This document shows positions 37,025-47,160 of a DNA stretch of 64,000 bases, one piece after another. The notes under the pieces were generated by a model that made no database searches, had not been told where the DNA came from, and was given only the letters and a program-made list of their open reading frames with translations. Location: the NCBI GenBank assembly GCA_963667845.2, contig CAXXVL010000002.1, positions 768,001 to 832,000 on the forward strand, read 5' to 3'. Both the position numbers and the translations under genes were made by a program. Position 1 is the first letter of the stretch. The number at the start of each line of letters is the position of its first letter. The DNA comes from Smithellaceae bacterium. GTDB taxonomy: Bacteria; Desulfobacterota; Syntrophia; Syntrophales; Smithellaceae.

Positions 37025-38578
37025 ATGACCGGTGCGGAGATGATTTTAAAAACGGCGGCACAGGCGGGGGTGGAGATTTGTTTTGCCAATCCCGGCACGA
37101 CGGAATTGGGATTTGTCGCAGCGCTCGACACAGTCAATGAAATCCGGCCCGTTCTGGGCCTCTTCGAAGGTGTCTGCACCGGGGCAGCTGACGGCTATGG
37201 TCGGGTCAAACAAAAGCCGGCAATGACCCTCTTGCATCTAGGGCCGGGGTTCGCCAACGGTATTGCCAATCTGCACAACGCGAGGCGCGCCAAGTCACCC
37301 GTGCTCAACATTATCGGCGAACACACGACATGGATTCGTCCCTACGATCCGCCGCTCAACATGGACATCGCGTCGCTCGCCGGTACGGTTTCAGGCTGGC
37401 AGAGAGAAACCCAATCGGCAGATACGGTATCGGCGGATACGGCCGCGGCCATTACCGCATCTCTTTATGGCCAGATCTCGACGCTCATCGTTCCGGCCGA
37501 TCATCAATCCGCAATCTCTAAAACGGATATAGTTACCGGCGTGAATTTTTCATTTGACCCTGTAGATCAAGAAATGATTCCGCATGCGGTCTCCATGATC
37601 ACCGAGGCAAAAAAGCCCGCCTTGATTCTCGGAGGAAACGCATTGCGTCAAAAAGGACTGGCCGCGGCGGCGCAGATCAAAGCCAAGACCGGCTGTGATC
37701 TTTTGATGATCACTTTTCCCGGGTACCTTGACTCGGGTGCAGGGCTACCGGTTTTAAAACGCATTGCTTATTTTCCCAGACAGGCCCAGAAGATGCTGAA
37801 CAACTATGACGCCTTTGTCATGGTGGGAGCAGTGGAGCCTACCGCCTTTTTCGGTTATACGGGGGGAGCAACTTCATTTCTCCCCGAAAAAGCCCCCAGG
37901 ATCAGAATCGATACGAACAAGCAGGATGCAGGCTCTGTTCTGGAGGAGATTTCCGCGGCTCTGGGACCTGACGTTTCTCAAAATGAACTTCGTCCGATAC
38001 TGGCCCAATACTCGCTACCGGCGTTGCCGGAAGGCACGCTAAATGCCGAGAAAATGTGTGCGGCTATTGCGGCCCTCCAGCCGGAGGGCTGTCTTGTCGT
38101 CGAAGAAGGTGTCTCGTCGGGAGCTTACTACTATAACCACGCACCGTACTTAAAACCGTTTGGTCAGATGACGCTCACCGGCGGCGCGATCGGGATGGGT
38201 TTGCCGCTGGCACTGGGCGCGGCGCTTGCCGCACCTGATCGTCAGGTGATCGACATCCAGGCCGACGGCAGCGCCCTGTATACGATCCAGGCGCTCTGGT
38301 CACAGGCGCATGAAAAGGCAAAAGTCATTACGGTAATCTGCTCCAACCGCAAATACTTTACGATCGAACTGGAGTGTCTGCGCGCCGGATATAAAACCCT
38401 GGGCGACGGAGCAAAATCCCTGATGAACCTCACCGGACCAACGTTGGACTGGGTGAGCTTAAGCCGCGGTATGGGCGTGCCCGCCGCAGCTGTCAATACG
38501 GCGGAAGCCTTTATTGCCGAATTTAAAAAAGCTCTTCAGGAGCCGGGGCCCTATCTGATTGAAGCAATCCTCGAATAA
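37025..38578 (+). CDS. Thiamine-diphosphate-dependent enzyme (acetolactate synthase / benzoylformate decarboxylase superfamily)
   Basis: CFANPGTTE, LGLFEGVCTGAADGYGR, LHLGPGFANG; ThDP motif ADGSALY...CSNR. Confidence 0.88.
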   Translation: MTGAEMILKTAAQAGVEICFANPGTTELGFVAALDTVNEIRPVLGLFEGVCTGAADGYGRVKQKPAMTLLHLGPGFANGIANLHNARRAKSPVLNIIGEHTTWIRPYDPPLNMDIASLAGTVSGWQRETQSADTVSADTAAAITASLYGQISTLIVPADHQSAISKTDIVTGVNFSFDPVDQEMIPHAVSMITEAKKPALILGGNALRQKGLAAAAQIKAKTGCDLLMITFPGYLDSGAGLPVLKRIAYFPRQAQKMLNNYDAFVMVGAVEPTAFFGYTGGATSFLPEKAPRIRIDTNKQDAGSVLEEISAALGPDVSQNELRPILAQYSLPALPEGTLNAEKMCAAIAALQPEGCLVVEEGVSSGAYYYNHAPYLKPFGQMTLTGGAIGMGLPLALGAALAAPDRQVIDIQADGSALYTIQALWSQAHEKAKVITVICSNRKYFTIELECLRAGYKTLGDGAKSLMNLTGPTLDWVSLSRGMGVPAAAVNTAEAFIAEFKKALQEPGPYLIEAILE

Positions 38579-38594
38579 AAAGGAGATCATCACC

Positions 38595-39590
38595 ATGCTG
38601 CCGGAAACCATGAATTACATTGACCACGGCAAGGGAGGCCCGGCCTCCGCTATGCAGCTCAGGCAATCGCCCTTACCACAATTAAAAGCCGGCGAAGTCC
38701 TGATTGAAGTTGCTTACGCGGGCGTCAACCGCCCGGACATCTTCCAGCGCCTGGGGGCCTATCCGCCTCCTCCCAGCGCCTCACCGGTTTTGGGCCTGGA
38801 AGTTGCGGGAAAAATAGCGGCAATAGCAGATGATGTAACGAAGTGGCAAACCGGTGATGTTGTTTGCGCGCTGTCGCCCGGCGGCGGCTACGCCGAATAC
38901 TGCGCCGTGCCCGCTCTCCATTGCCTGCCGATCCCGGAAGGTCTGAAGCTTGCCGAAGCGGCAGCGCTGCCGGAAAACTACTTTACGGTCTGGTCGAATG
39001 TTTTTGAACGCGGAAATCTTAAATCCGGAGAAAATTTTCTCGCCCACGGCGGGGCGGGCGGCATCGGCTATACCGCCATACAACTCGCGAAAGCCTTTGG
39101 TGCGAAAGTATTTACAACCATTGCCGGAGCTGATCAGATTGACACTGTGAAGAAACTGGGAGCAGATGTCGCGCTGGATTATACCACTCAGGATTGGGCT
39201 CTGGAAATTACCGGTCTTGTCGGAACGCGCGGCATCGACTGCATCCTGGATTTTGTGGGCGGCCCTTACATTCAAAAGAATCTGAAGCTGCTGGCCCGCA
39301 ACGGCCGGCTTGTGCAAATCGCCTTTATGCAGGGCGCAAAAGTGGAGCTGGATTGCCTGCCGATCCTGACCAAAAATCTGACCTTCACCGGCTCGATGCT
39401 TCGTCCCCGCTCGATCGAGGAAAAAGCCGCTATCGCGGAGGCTCTGCTCCAAAATGTCTGGCCACTCTTTGCCGCAAAAAAATTGAGCGTCCTGATTTCC
39501 GCCATCTTTCCGCTAAACGATGCCATAAAAGCTCATGAGCTGATGGAATCATCAACGCATATCGGCAAGATCGTGCTAAAGGTTCGTTAA
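38595..39590 (+). CDS. NAD(P)H:quinone oxidoreductase, PIG3/zeta-crystallin family
   Basis: AGVNRPDIFQRLGAYPPP, LGLEVAG, GGGYAEY, HGGAGGIG, HIGKIVL. Confidence 0.9.
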   Translation: MLPETMNYIDHGKGGPASAMQLRQSPLPQLKAGEVLIEVAYAGVNRPDIFQRLGAYPPPPSASPVLGLEVAGKIAAIADDVTKWQTGDVVCALSPGGGYAEYCAVPALHCLPIPEGLKLAEAAALPENYFTVWSNVFERGNLKSGENFLAHGGAGGIGYTAIQLAKAFGAKVFTTIAGADQIDTVKKLGADVALDYTTQDWALEITGLVGTRGIDCILDFVGGPYIQKNLKLLARNGRLVQIAFMQGAKVELDCLPILTKNLTFTGSMLRPRSIEEKAAIAEALLQNVWPLFAAKKLSVLISAIFPLNDAIKAHELMESSTHIGKIVLKVR

Positions 39591-40249
39591 TGGCTTAGGG
39601 AACGATACCGCTGGGCAAGCTCCCGGATTTCTGAGTTTTCAATCACGCGGCCCTGGACGTTCTCAACAGTTGCCTGGATCATAGCCCGTCCTATATCCTC
39701 TCCTTCCACATAGAGACCGGGAAAAGGCTTCAATAACTTCAACACCGGACGTAACACTCTTATCAGCTTTGGAGTTGCTGCCGACGGATCGCCGTCAATG
39801 AACGAAGGACGCCAGCAGATTGCTTTCATCATTCCGATAAGTTCCCCCTCGGTCTGCGCCTTAACGCGCGCCCACATCATTCGGCTGCCCCGTTTTGTTC
39901 CCTGACCGCTGATATAATGAAATGTCGCCCGCGGACTATTTTTATTCAACTCCTTTGCGGCGGCCAGCGCAAAATCATGCGTGATTTGCCGATACTCAGC
40001 TTCGTCGGGAACCTGTATCACGGAAACACCCAGGCAAAAGAGGCAGGCATCAATTCCGGCAAAGGCATCGCTCATGCCGGAATAGTTCAGAAAATCATGC
40101 TGGATGAATTCGTGCAGTTTGCCGTCCGAAAAACCAATGGGGTGTCGCGTGAACGTGCGAACTTCGTCAACCACCGACGCGGCCAGGCAAGCTTTCAGAA
40201 CACTGCCGCCCGCCAATCCGGTCGCACCAAAAATGAGAATTTTCATCAT
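39587..40249 (-). CDS. Atypical SDR / NAD(P)-binding protein
   Basis: KILIFGATGLAG, DACLFCLG, MMWARVKAQTE. Confidence 0.85.
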   Translation of the reverse strand: MMKILIFGATGLAGGSVLKACLAASVVDEVRTFTRHPIGFSDGKLHEFIQHDFLNYSGMSDAFAGIDACLFCLGVSVIQVPDEAEYRQITHDFALAAAKELNKNSPRATFHYISGQGTKRGSRMMWARVKAQTEGELIGMMKAICWRPSFIDGDPSAATPKLIRVLRPVLKLLKPFPGLYVEGEDIGRAMIQATVENVQGRVIENSEIRELAQRYRSLSH

Positions 40250-40282
40250 GTCTATTCTCCGGTGACTATGGAGCACGATTCA

Positions 40283-40777
40283 TCAATTTTTTCTTAATTC
40301 CGGCAGCCGCCGGCCAATTGCAAAGAGCAATGGTATCAACACGATGATCCACAGAACAACCAGCGGTCCCGCCCAGACAAACCGCTCGTAATGAATATAT
40401 CCCTCTCGAAATCCCCGATAAAGCAAAAATAACGTTACAGGTAAATTCAGCAATAAAGCGGTGAGGGTGCCCGGTGCATAACGGCGCATCATCACGGTAG
40501 CGATGACGTGAGGGAAGAGAACATTCAAAAGCATTGCCAGTGCATAACCCGCCACCAGATAGGCCCCCGCACTTTCCTTGCCACAAGCAGTCGCAAGCGA
40601 AGCCGCGACGAACGCCAGGAGAGTCAACACAATGACCGCAAAACGGAATTCCTTTGTATCTACAGGGTGGTGCCACTTCCCCGCATTCTGCGACCAGGCG
40701 GGAAGCAGCATCGCCTCTTCAATATTATGCACCGTTATGGCCAATGCAAAAAACCAGGCGAGTAGAATGAAATCCAT
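40283..40777 (-). CDS. HXXEE domain membrane protein
   Basis: HNIEE, PH...YAPGTLTA; several transmembrane segments. Confidence 0.85.
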   Translation of the reverse strand: MDFILLAWFFALAITVHNIEEAMLLPAWSQNAGKWHHPVDTKEFRFAVIVLTLLAFVAASLATACGKESAGAYLVAGYALAMLLNVLFPHVIATVMMRRYAPGTLTALLLNLPVTLFLLYRGFREGYIHYERFVWAGPLVVLWIIVLIPLLFAIGRRLPELRKN

Positions 40778-40849
40778 CGAGTCAACTCTCTGACGGGATA
40801 AAGGCTGCAGTTGAACCGTTGGCTAACAATCCTTTGGCCATCATCATTC

Positions 40850-40876
40850 CTGGATTCCCGCCTGCGCGGGCTGACA
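40850..40876. repeat. Degenerate REP-like unit ctggattcccgcctgcgcgggctgaca
   Basis: Small hairpin cccgc-ctgc-gcggg downstream of the AOR gene. Single copy in the window. Confidence 0.4.
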
Positions 40877-40910
40877 AGAAGGCAGTCGATTGATTCGGTC
40901 GGACAAAGTG

Positions 40911-42785
40911 TTAGACTGAAATCCCGAGGCGCCGTAAATTTTCCTTTCGCGGACCAGCAACCTTTGGATCATATTTCCTGATTCGGTAATATTGACGAAC
41001 CATTTTTTCAATCGGCACCACGGAGTCTACAGGGTATTTGGTGACGGCCTCTTTCGTGAAGCGATCCGGCAGCGTGTCTTCGTCAGGTTTCTGCCCCATC
41101 CGGACGTTCATGTAGCGCTCCAGCTTGGTGATGCGCTCGCCGGCTTTCTTGAACTGCCATTGATTCATGGGAATACCGGTAATGGCGGAAAAGAAATCGG
41201 AATAGACACTCCAGTTCATCAGCATTTGCGACATTCCGGGGTTCAAAATGGTTGCTACTTTTAAAACCGCTTTGGGAAGATATTTGGGAATGACCGGTTC
41301 AGTCATGATGGCGAAGGCCGTAAACAGACAGGACTGGAGAGAATTGATACCGGCAAACAGGTCCTCGCAGAACACAACCCAGGAGGCCTTGCCCATCGTG
41401 GTCAAGGGCGGCATGAAACCCAGGAGCACTTCCAGAGAGACAAGATAAGATCCGAGGTGGCACCCCCCCTTGTTGTGCACGGCATAGGAAAGCCCATGCC
41501 CCCAGCAGGCCCGGGGATCATAGGCCGCAATCTCCAGACCCTTGGTATGGATGGCGAAATCCTTGCCGCCATACTTCGCGCTTAGACGCATTGATCCTTC
41601 CGCGAGCTCAGCGCCCTCACCCCGCCTGAGGGCAATATCTTCGAGGATTCTGGCGATGTTGTCGTGATTGTCAAAGGAAAGGTCGGTTTTACGCAACCCC
41701 TTTTCGCCGGCTTCCATAGCCCAGGCGATCGTGCCGCCGGCCGAAATGGTATCCATTCCTGTGTCATTCATGATGTCGTTCCAGATCGCGATTTTGTCCG
41801 TATCATAATTTTCGATATTACTGCCAAACAGCCCCGTTGTTTCGTACTCGGGGATCTGATGCATCTTTCCGTCGGGATACATACCCTTATGTCCACAGAG
41901 CACCGAGCAGTAGCGGCAGGTCGAGTGTCGGGTCCGGTACTTTTCAGCCATCACTTCACCCGTGAGGGCTTCGGTCTTCGGGCTGAACCGGTCTCGGAAA
42001 TTGCGCACCGGCGAGTAGCCGCTCGCGATACCAAAACGGGTGTTCATGTTTGTGCCGAAAGCCTTATACCCTTTGGTGAATGTGCTGCGCTGAATGTGCT
42101 TTTTGGCCTTCTTCATCGTCCTGTCAAATTTCTCTTTGTCGACCGGCACGCACCGGTATTCCTTGCCCCGGGCCACGATAGCCTTGAGGTTCTTCGCGCC
42201 CATCACAGCACCCACGCCGCCGCGTCCGGCAAAGCGGTGCCCTGAACAGATGTTGGCATAGAAGACTTTGTTTTCGCCGGCAGGCCCGATCACGCAAGCT
42301 CCTTCTTTCGGAGTCAAATGGAGGCGCTCCTGGGTGTCGTGCGTACCGGCTCCCCAGAGGTCGTCCGCATCCTCGAAAAAAACGTTGTTGTCATCGAAGC
42401 GAACAACCGTTGCTTTTGCCGCCCGGCCGGAAATAATCACACCGTCCCACCCGGCCGTCTTGCAGGCTTCGCCGAAGGGGCCGCCGCAGGAAGAGGCCAC
42501 CATGTAACCGGTGAGCGGCGATTTAGTAATGACTTCAAAACGGGCGGAACAGGGTGCGCCGGTGGTGAGAAGAACGCCGTTGGCAAAGATCAAAAGATTG
42601 TCCGGACCCAGGGGATCTATTTCTGACAGTTTGTCTTTCAGCCGGTCATAGAAAATCTTGATGCCCATGCCTTTGCCGCCCAGGAAATTTTTCAGATCCT
42701 CCTGCGATGCCTGATGCACCCGCCATGTCCTGTCGGTCAGGTTAATGTCGAGATATTTATTGCTGGTTCCGAGGATCTCTTTCAT
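40911..42785 (-). CDS. Aldehyde:ferredoxin oxidoreductase family protein
   Basis: TKSPLTG, AGRGGVGAVMGAKNLKAI, CRYCSVLC, PEYET, GMDTIS, AYDPR, DTLPDRF. Confidence 0.92.
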   Translation of the reverse strand: MKEILGTSNKYLDINLTDRTWRVHQASQEDLKNFLGGKGMGIKIFYDRLKDKLSEIDPLGPDNLLIFANGVLLTTGAPCSARFEVITKSPLTGYMVASSCGGPFGEACKTAGWDGVIISGRAAKATVVRFDDNNVFFEDADDLWGAGTHDTQERLHLTPKEGACVIGPAGENKVFYANICSGHRFAGRGGVGAVMGAKNLKAIVARGKEYRCVPVDKEKFDRTMKKAKKHIQRSTFTKGYKAFGTNMNTRFGIASGYSPVRNFRDRFSPKTEALTGEVMAEKYRTRHSTCRYCSVLCGHKGMYPDGKMHQIPEYETTGLFGSNIENYDTDKIAIWNDIMNDTGMDTISAGGTIAWAMEAGEKGLRKTDLSFDNHDNIARILEDIALRRGEGAELAEGSMRLSAKYGGKDFAIHTKGLEIAAYDPRACWGHGLSYAVHNKGGCHLGSYLVSLEVLLGFMPPLTTMGKASWVVFCEDLFAGINSLQSCLFTAFAIMTEPVIPKYLPKAVLKVATILNPGMSQMLMNWSVYSDFFSAITGIPMNQWQFKKAGERITKLERYMNVRMGQKPDEDTLPDRFTKEAVTKYPVDSVVPIEKMVRQYYRIRKYDPKVAGPRKENLRRLGISV

Positions 42786-43198
42786 GCCGCACCTCCCATC
42801 GTTATGGCGTCAAAGAGGCAGTTATCTTTGCACCAGCCGCAGGAAACGCATTTAGCCGGTTGATTCAGGATTGCATGGTTCTCAGCAAGCGGAAGTAGCT
42901 CGTCGGCCATGGCCAGCGCGTGCGTTGGACAGGCAGCTATACAGTTTTCGCAGGCGACGCAAAGCTCAACGTTGATGACCGGCTTCGGCCATTCCGATTT
43001 TTTCATCCTGGCGATGGTTTTTCCTTTATCATCCAGAACCGCTGATTCCGGACAGATCCTGCCGCAGGCGCCGCATTCGATGCAGAGCGCTGCATCGATC
43101 ATGTGCCTTCCTTTTTTTTCACCCGAAATGGCCTGCTCCGGGCACATTTTAGCGCAGGCCCCGCAGCCGTTACACGATGCTGATATGGTAAAGCTCAT
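42782..43198 (-). CDS. Polyferredoxin with four [4Fe-4S] motifs
   Basis: CNGCGACAKMCP, CIECGACGRICP, CVACENCIAACP, CVSCGWCKDNC. Overlaps the AOR start (ATGA). Confidence 0.92.
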   Translation of the reverse strand: MSFTISASCNGCGACAKMCPEQAISGEKKGRHMIDAALCIECGACGRICPESAVLDDKGKTIARMKKSEWPKPVINVELCVACENCIAACPTHALAMADELLPLAENHAILNQPAKCVSCGWCKDNCLFDAITMGGAA

Positions 43199-43205
43199 AA
43201 ACCCT

Positions 43206-44786
43206 CTATTTTTCTTTCGGCGGTATCGCCGTCATGACATGTTCCGCCAGGGCCAGGATCGTCAAGGCCGGGTTGACGCCCAGATTGGCCGGCATGATGG
43301 ATCCATCCGCAACATAGAGACCTTCATAGCCAAAGACTTTCCCATGTTTGTCAACGACACCGTGATCCGGGCCGGTAGCTATCGGGCAGCCACCCAGCAT
43401 GTGAGCCGAAAGCGGCCGGTTCAACAGAACTTCGGAGACCGCACCCTGCGGTATTCCGTCGATCTTCTTCGCGACCGCGCGCGCTGCGGCATTGGCCTCC
43501 GGAATATAGGTCGGAATACCTCCCTCCGGCGATTCGGATGACAGGCGCCAGCGCCATGGTGCAAACCAGCTCCGCTTCAGCTTAATTCTCAAGCTGTTGT
43601 CATACACCTGCATGACGAGCAAAATAATGGATCTTCGCGCCCAGCCGAAGATCCACAAGCTTTTCAGAAAATGAGTGGGATGGGTCAGGCACTGGTAGAA
43701 ATACTTCATAACCCTTCCCCACTTGGAGCCGCCATCGGTCAGCACCTGGGCCAGCACGCCCATGACGTCGGAGCCTTCCGGATAGCGGGTGACTTCAATG
43801 GACGTGGCATCGTTGACCTGAAGAATGGAGGTAATCGCGGTTCCTTCGCAGTATTTAACATCGAGCGAGTTGGCCCGACCGCCGCAAAGCACTTCCGAAT
43901 TGGTGCGGAATTTGTAGCCGAGACGGTCCGATATTTTGGGGAGAAGTCCTTGCTGTTTGCAGCGCAAAAGCAGCGACAGCGTGTTGAGTGTTCCGGCGCT
44001 GACTACGACCTGACGCGCCCGCCAGATTTTTTTATCCGTCGGAAAAACAGCGGTCGCCTTGCTCGACTTCAGGATATAGCCTCCCCCAGGGTCAGGTTGA
44101 ATGCCGGTAACAAGCGTTTCCGGAACGATGCGTGCGCCGCGCTTTTCGGCCAGGTAGAGATAGTTTTTGTCCAGCGTGTTTTTCCCGCCGGTTTTGCATC
44201 CGATCATACAGGCGCCGGAGAAATCACAGCCCGTTCTTTCGGGACCCTCTCCGTCAAAATACGGGTCCGGAACTGTGACGCCCGGCTCTCCGAAAAAAGC
44301 TCCTACTTCCGTCGGAGCGAAATGATCGCTGCGGCCGATATCGGCGGCATATTCGGCCAGAACTTTGTCCGGTTCCGTAATTTTGGGAAACTTGGCGACG
44401 CCCAGCATTTTTCTGGCCATCCGGTAGTGCGGAGCTAACGTCGCTTTCCAATCCGGGTCAAGATCCACCCATTGCGGATCGCGATAAAAAGGATCCAAAG
44501 GCTGCATGAGGACCATGGCATACACCAGTGATCCGCCGCCGACGCCCGCGCCTCCCAGACCCATGAAATCCTTAAGCAGCCAGATCCGTTGAATTCCATA
44601 ACAGCCGATGATCGGCGCCCAGAGAAATTTCTTTACATTCCAGTTGGTGTTGGGAAAGTCTTTGGGTTGCCAGCGCTTACCGGCTTCGAGCACGCAGACA
44701 CTGTAGCCTTTTTCCGCCAGCCTTAATGCGGCAACGCTGCCGCCGAATCCCGATCCGATTACGATGAAATCATACGTTTCTTCCAT
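43206..44786 (-). CDS. GMC-family FAD oxidoreductase, cholesterol oxidase (ChoD)-like
   Basis: VIGSGFGG, GAGVGGGSLVY, KNTLDKNYL, SAHMLGGC, LYVADGS, GVNPALTI. RBS GAGGT before ATG 44786. Confidence 0.9.
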   Translation of the reverse strand: MEETYDFIVIGSGFGGSVAALRLAEKGYSVCVLEAGKRWQPKDFPNTNWNVKKFLWAPIIGCYGIQRIWLLKDFMGLGGAGVGGGSLVYAMVLMQPLDPFYRDPQWVDLDPDWKATLAPHYRMARKMLGVAKFPKITEPDKVLAEYAADIGRSDHFAPTEVGAFFGEPGVTVPDPYFDGEGPERTGCDFSGACMIGCKTGGKNTLDKNYLYLAEKRGARIVPETLVTGIQPDPGGGYILKSSKATAVFPTDKKIWRARQVVVSAGTLNTLSLLLRCKQQGLLPKISDRLGYKFRTNSEVLCGGRANSLDVKYCEGTAITSILQVNDATSIEVTRYPEGSDVMGVLAQVLTDGGSKWGRVMKYFYQCLTHPTHFLKSLWIFGWARRSIILLVMQVYDNSLRIKLKRSWFAPWRWRLSSESPEGGIPTYIPEANAAARAVAKKIDGIPQGAVSEVLLNRPLSAHMLGGCPIATGPDHGVVDKHGKVFGYEGLYVADGSIMPANLGVNPALTILALAEHVMTAIPPKEK

Positions 44787-44879
44787 GGGCGACCTCATTT
44801 GTTGCGTGCTGATGGTGACAAGTTGTCTGATCCGCTAATCCGCGTTCCGGCCTCCGGAAAACTGCTTCTGCCGGAAGCG

Positions 44880-44908
44880 AGTATAGATAGAACCGACCAC
44901 GATGTCAA
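44880..44908 (-). promoter_or_regulatory. Sigma70 promoter of the GMC-ferredoxin-AOR operon
   Basis: TTGACA-N17-TATACT on the minus strand. Confidence 0.7.
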
Positions 44909-45077
44909 CGAGATCATCCCAGTCCCCATTAAAGAAATGGCACTCTCTTTTTTTGATCACATATCAATAATTTGCGAAAATCCAAAAAGGAGGTTGAAAA
45001 ATTCAGGCGATCACCATAGAAAGGTAGGCGACAGTTAAGACTGTTGCCCACTAAAATGAGCCGACGAAGGGTTTTGC

Positions 45078-46223
45078 ATGATTTCTAAAAGAGCATCCGA
45101 ATTTACCTCTTTCATCGTCATGGACGTCATGGCCAGAGCGGAGGAGTTGGAGAGAAAAGGCGAACACATTATCCACATGGAAGTGGGAGAACCGGATTTC
45201 CCCACGCCTAAAGTCATCAGCGATGCGGCCATTGAGGCTTTAAAAAACAATAAAACCCGCTATACGCACGCCCTGGGGCTACTCGAACTGCGCCAGGCGA
45301 TTTGCGACTATTACAGGAAAGAATATAGCGTATCGATCACGCCTGATCAGGTCCTGGTGTCTACCGGAACATCGCCGGTATTGCTGTTTGCCATGCTGGC
45401 TATTTTAAATCACGGCGACGAAGTGATCATTTCCAATCCCCGCTATCCCTGTTATCAGAATTTTATCCTGGCGGCAGGAGGTAAACTCAAGGAAATTCTA
45501 ACCTATCCCGAGGAGGGATTCCAATACCGCCACAAAGATATTGAAAAGAAGCTCTCCAAACGGACGAAAAGCATCATGATCAACTCTCCCTGCAATCCCA
45601 CCGGCATTGTTATGACCGGCGAACAATTGCAAGATATCGCTCAGTTCGACGGCCAATATATTATCTCCGATGAAATTTACCACGGGCTGGTCTATGAAGG
45701 GAAAGCGCATTCCATTCTGGAATTTACAGATAAAGCGTTTGTCATTAACGGCTTTTCCAAACTCTACGCGATGACCGGCTGGCGGTTGGGTTATCTGATC
45801 TTTCCGAAAGAATTCAGTGCCGTCATGCAGCGCATCCATCAGAATTTTATGATCTCCGCAAGCGGTTTCATTCAGTGGGCAGGCATTACCGCACTCCAGG
45901 AAGCGCAGGCCGACGTGGAAAGCATGGTCAAAACTTATGACGAACGTCGCCGTTACATGCTCACACGGCTTAAAGATATGGGTTTTATCATTCATGTCGA
46001 ACCGACCGGTGCGTTTTATGTCTTTGCCGATGGACGCAAATTTTTCCAAGACTCTTACAAAGAAGCTTTTAGAATCATTGAAGGAGCGAAAGTCGGCGTG
46101 ACCCCCGGCATTGATTTCGGAAGCGGCGGTGAAGGATTTTTACGCTTCTCTTACGCCACTTCCCTGGAAAATATCGAAGAAGGTTTAAACCGCCTGGAGC
46201 GCTATCTGGGCCACAAAAAGTAA
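45078..46223 (+). CDS. Class I/II PLP-dependent aminotransferase
   Basis: GEPDF, NSPCNPTG, SDEIYHG, GFSKLYAMTGWRLG, PTGAFY. Confidence 0.92.
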   Translation: MISKRASEFTSFIVMDVMARAEELERKGEHIIHMEVGEPDFPTPKVISDAAIEALKNNKTRYTHALGLLELRQAICDYYRKEYSVSITPDQVLVSTGTSPVLLFAMLAILNHGDEVIISNPRYPCYQNFILAAGGKLKEILTYPEEGFQYRHKDIEKKLSKRTKSIMINSPCNPTGIVMTGEQLQDIAQFDGQYIISDEIYHGLVYEGKAHSILEFTDKAFVINGFSKLYAMTGWRLGYLIFPKEFSAVMQRIHQNFMISASGFIQWAGITALQEAQADVESMVKTYDERRRYMLTRLKDMGFIIHVEPTGAFYVFADGRKFFQDSYKEAFRIIEGAKVGVTPGIDFGSGGEGFLRFSYATSLENIEEGLNRLERYLGHKK

Positions 46224-46295
46224 GGCCATGGACAAAGCCGCTCATTTGGCGTATTTTGCATCTCGCAAGCTGGAACTAATTCCCAAGGAGGATGT

Positions 46296-47096
46296 ATGAC
46301 TTATCAATTTATAGAACTGAAAATCGAAAATCATGTAGCCACTGTCGCTATGGCCAGGGTAGATGCCTTAAACGCTCTCAGCCTCGGCTTTGCAGCAGAA
46401 ATTGCAGCCGTGTTTCGTGAGCTGGCAGCGAACGACGACGTTCGGGCGATCATCTTTTGCAGCAAGGCGCGGATTTTCTGTGCCGGACTGGACTTGAAGG
46501 AAGCGGCAAGCGGTGCGAGCGGCACAGCCAAAGGAGTCATCGACACCATCAGAAATTCCCAGCCGTTGTTTGACTGCTGCAACTTTATCGAAGAATGTCC
46601 CAAACCGGTGATTGCCGCTGTTCACGGCAAATGCATCGGCGGCGGGCTCGATATGATTTCAGCCTGCGATATCCGCCTTTGCACGGAAGATGCGATATTC
46701 TGCCTGAAGGAAGCAGCCATCGGTCTGGTGGCGGATATGGGAATTCTGCAGAGACTGCCGATGATCGTGGGCCAGGGCTTTGCCCGCGAGATGGCCTATA
46801 CGGCGGCCAATTACTCGGCGCGCGATGTAGAAAAAATGGGCCTCGTCAATCACGTGTATGCCGATCATGCGGGGGTGATGGCCGCCGCGCAAAAACTGGC
46901 CGCCCAGATTGCCGCCAACGCGCCGCTCGGCATCAAGTATACCAAAGAAGTTCTCAACTTCAGCCGCTATGTGAATGTCTATGAAGGCATGGCGATGGCC
47001 ATTCAGAAAAATGCGACGCTGCTCATGTCGGAAGATTTGAAGGAAGCGATGATGTCTTTTCTGGAGAGAAGGCCGGCCGATTTTAAAGGCAGGTAA
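46296..47096 (+). CDS. Crotonase-family protein (dienoyl-CoA isomerase-like)
   Basis: FCAGLDL, GGGLDMISACDIR, KEAAIGLVADMGILQRLP. Confidence 0.88.
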   Translation: MTYQFIELKIENHVATVAMARVDALNALSLGFAAEIAAVFRELAANDDVRAIIFCSKARIFCAGLDLKEAASGASGTAKGVIDTIRNSQPLFDCCNFIEECPKPVIAAVHGKCIGGGLDMISACDIRLCTEDAIFCLKEAAIGLVADMGILQRLPMIVGQGFAREMAYTAANYSARDVEKMGLVNHVYADHAGVMAAAQKLAAQIAANAPLGIKYTKEVLNFSRYVNVYEGMAMAIQKNATLLMSEDLKEAMMSFLERRPADFKGR

Positions 47097-47109
47097 ATAC
47101 TAAGATTCC

Positions 47110-47147
47110 GCCCTCAGGGTCCTGCGTCCATCGCAGACCCTGAGGGC
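47110..47147. terminator. Hairpin between convergent genes
   Basis: gccctcagggtc...gaccctgagggc. Confidence 0.65.
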
Positions 47148-47160
47148 CGGAGCTTGATTA

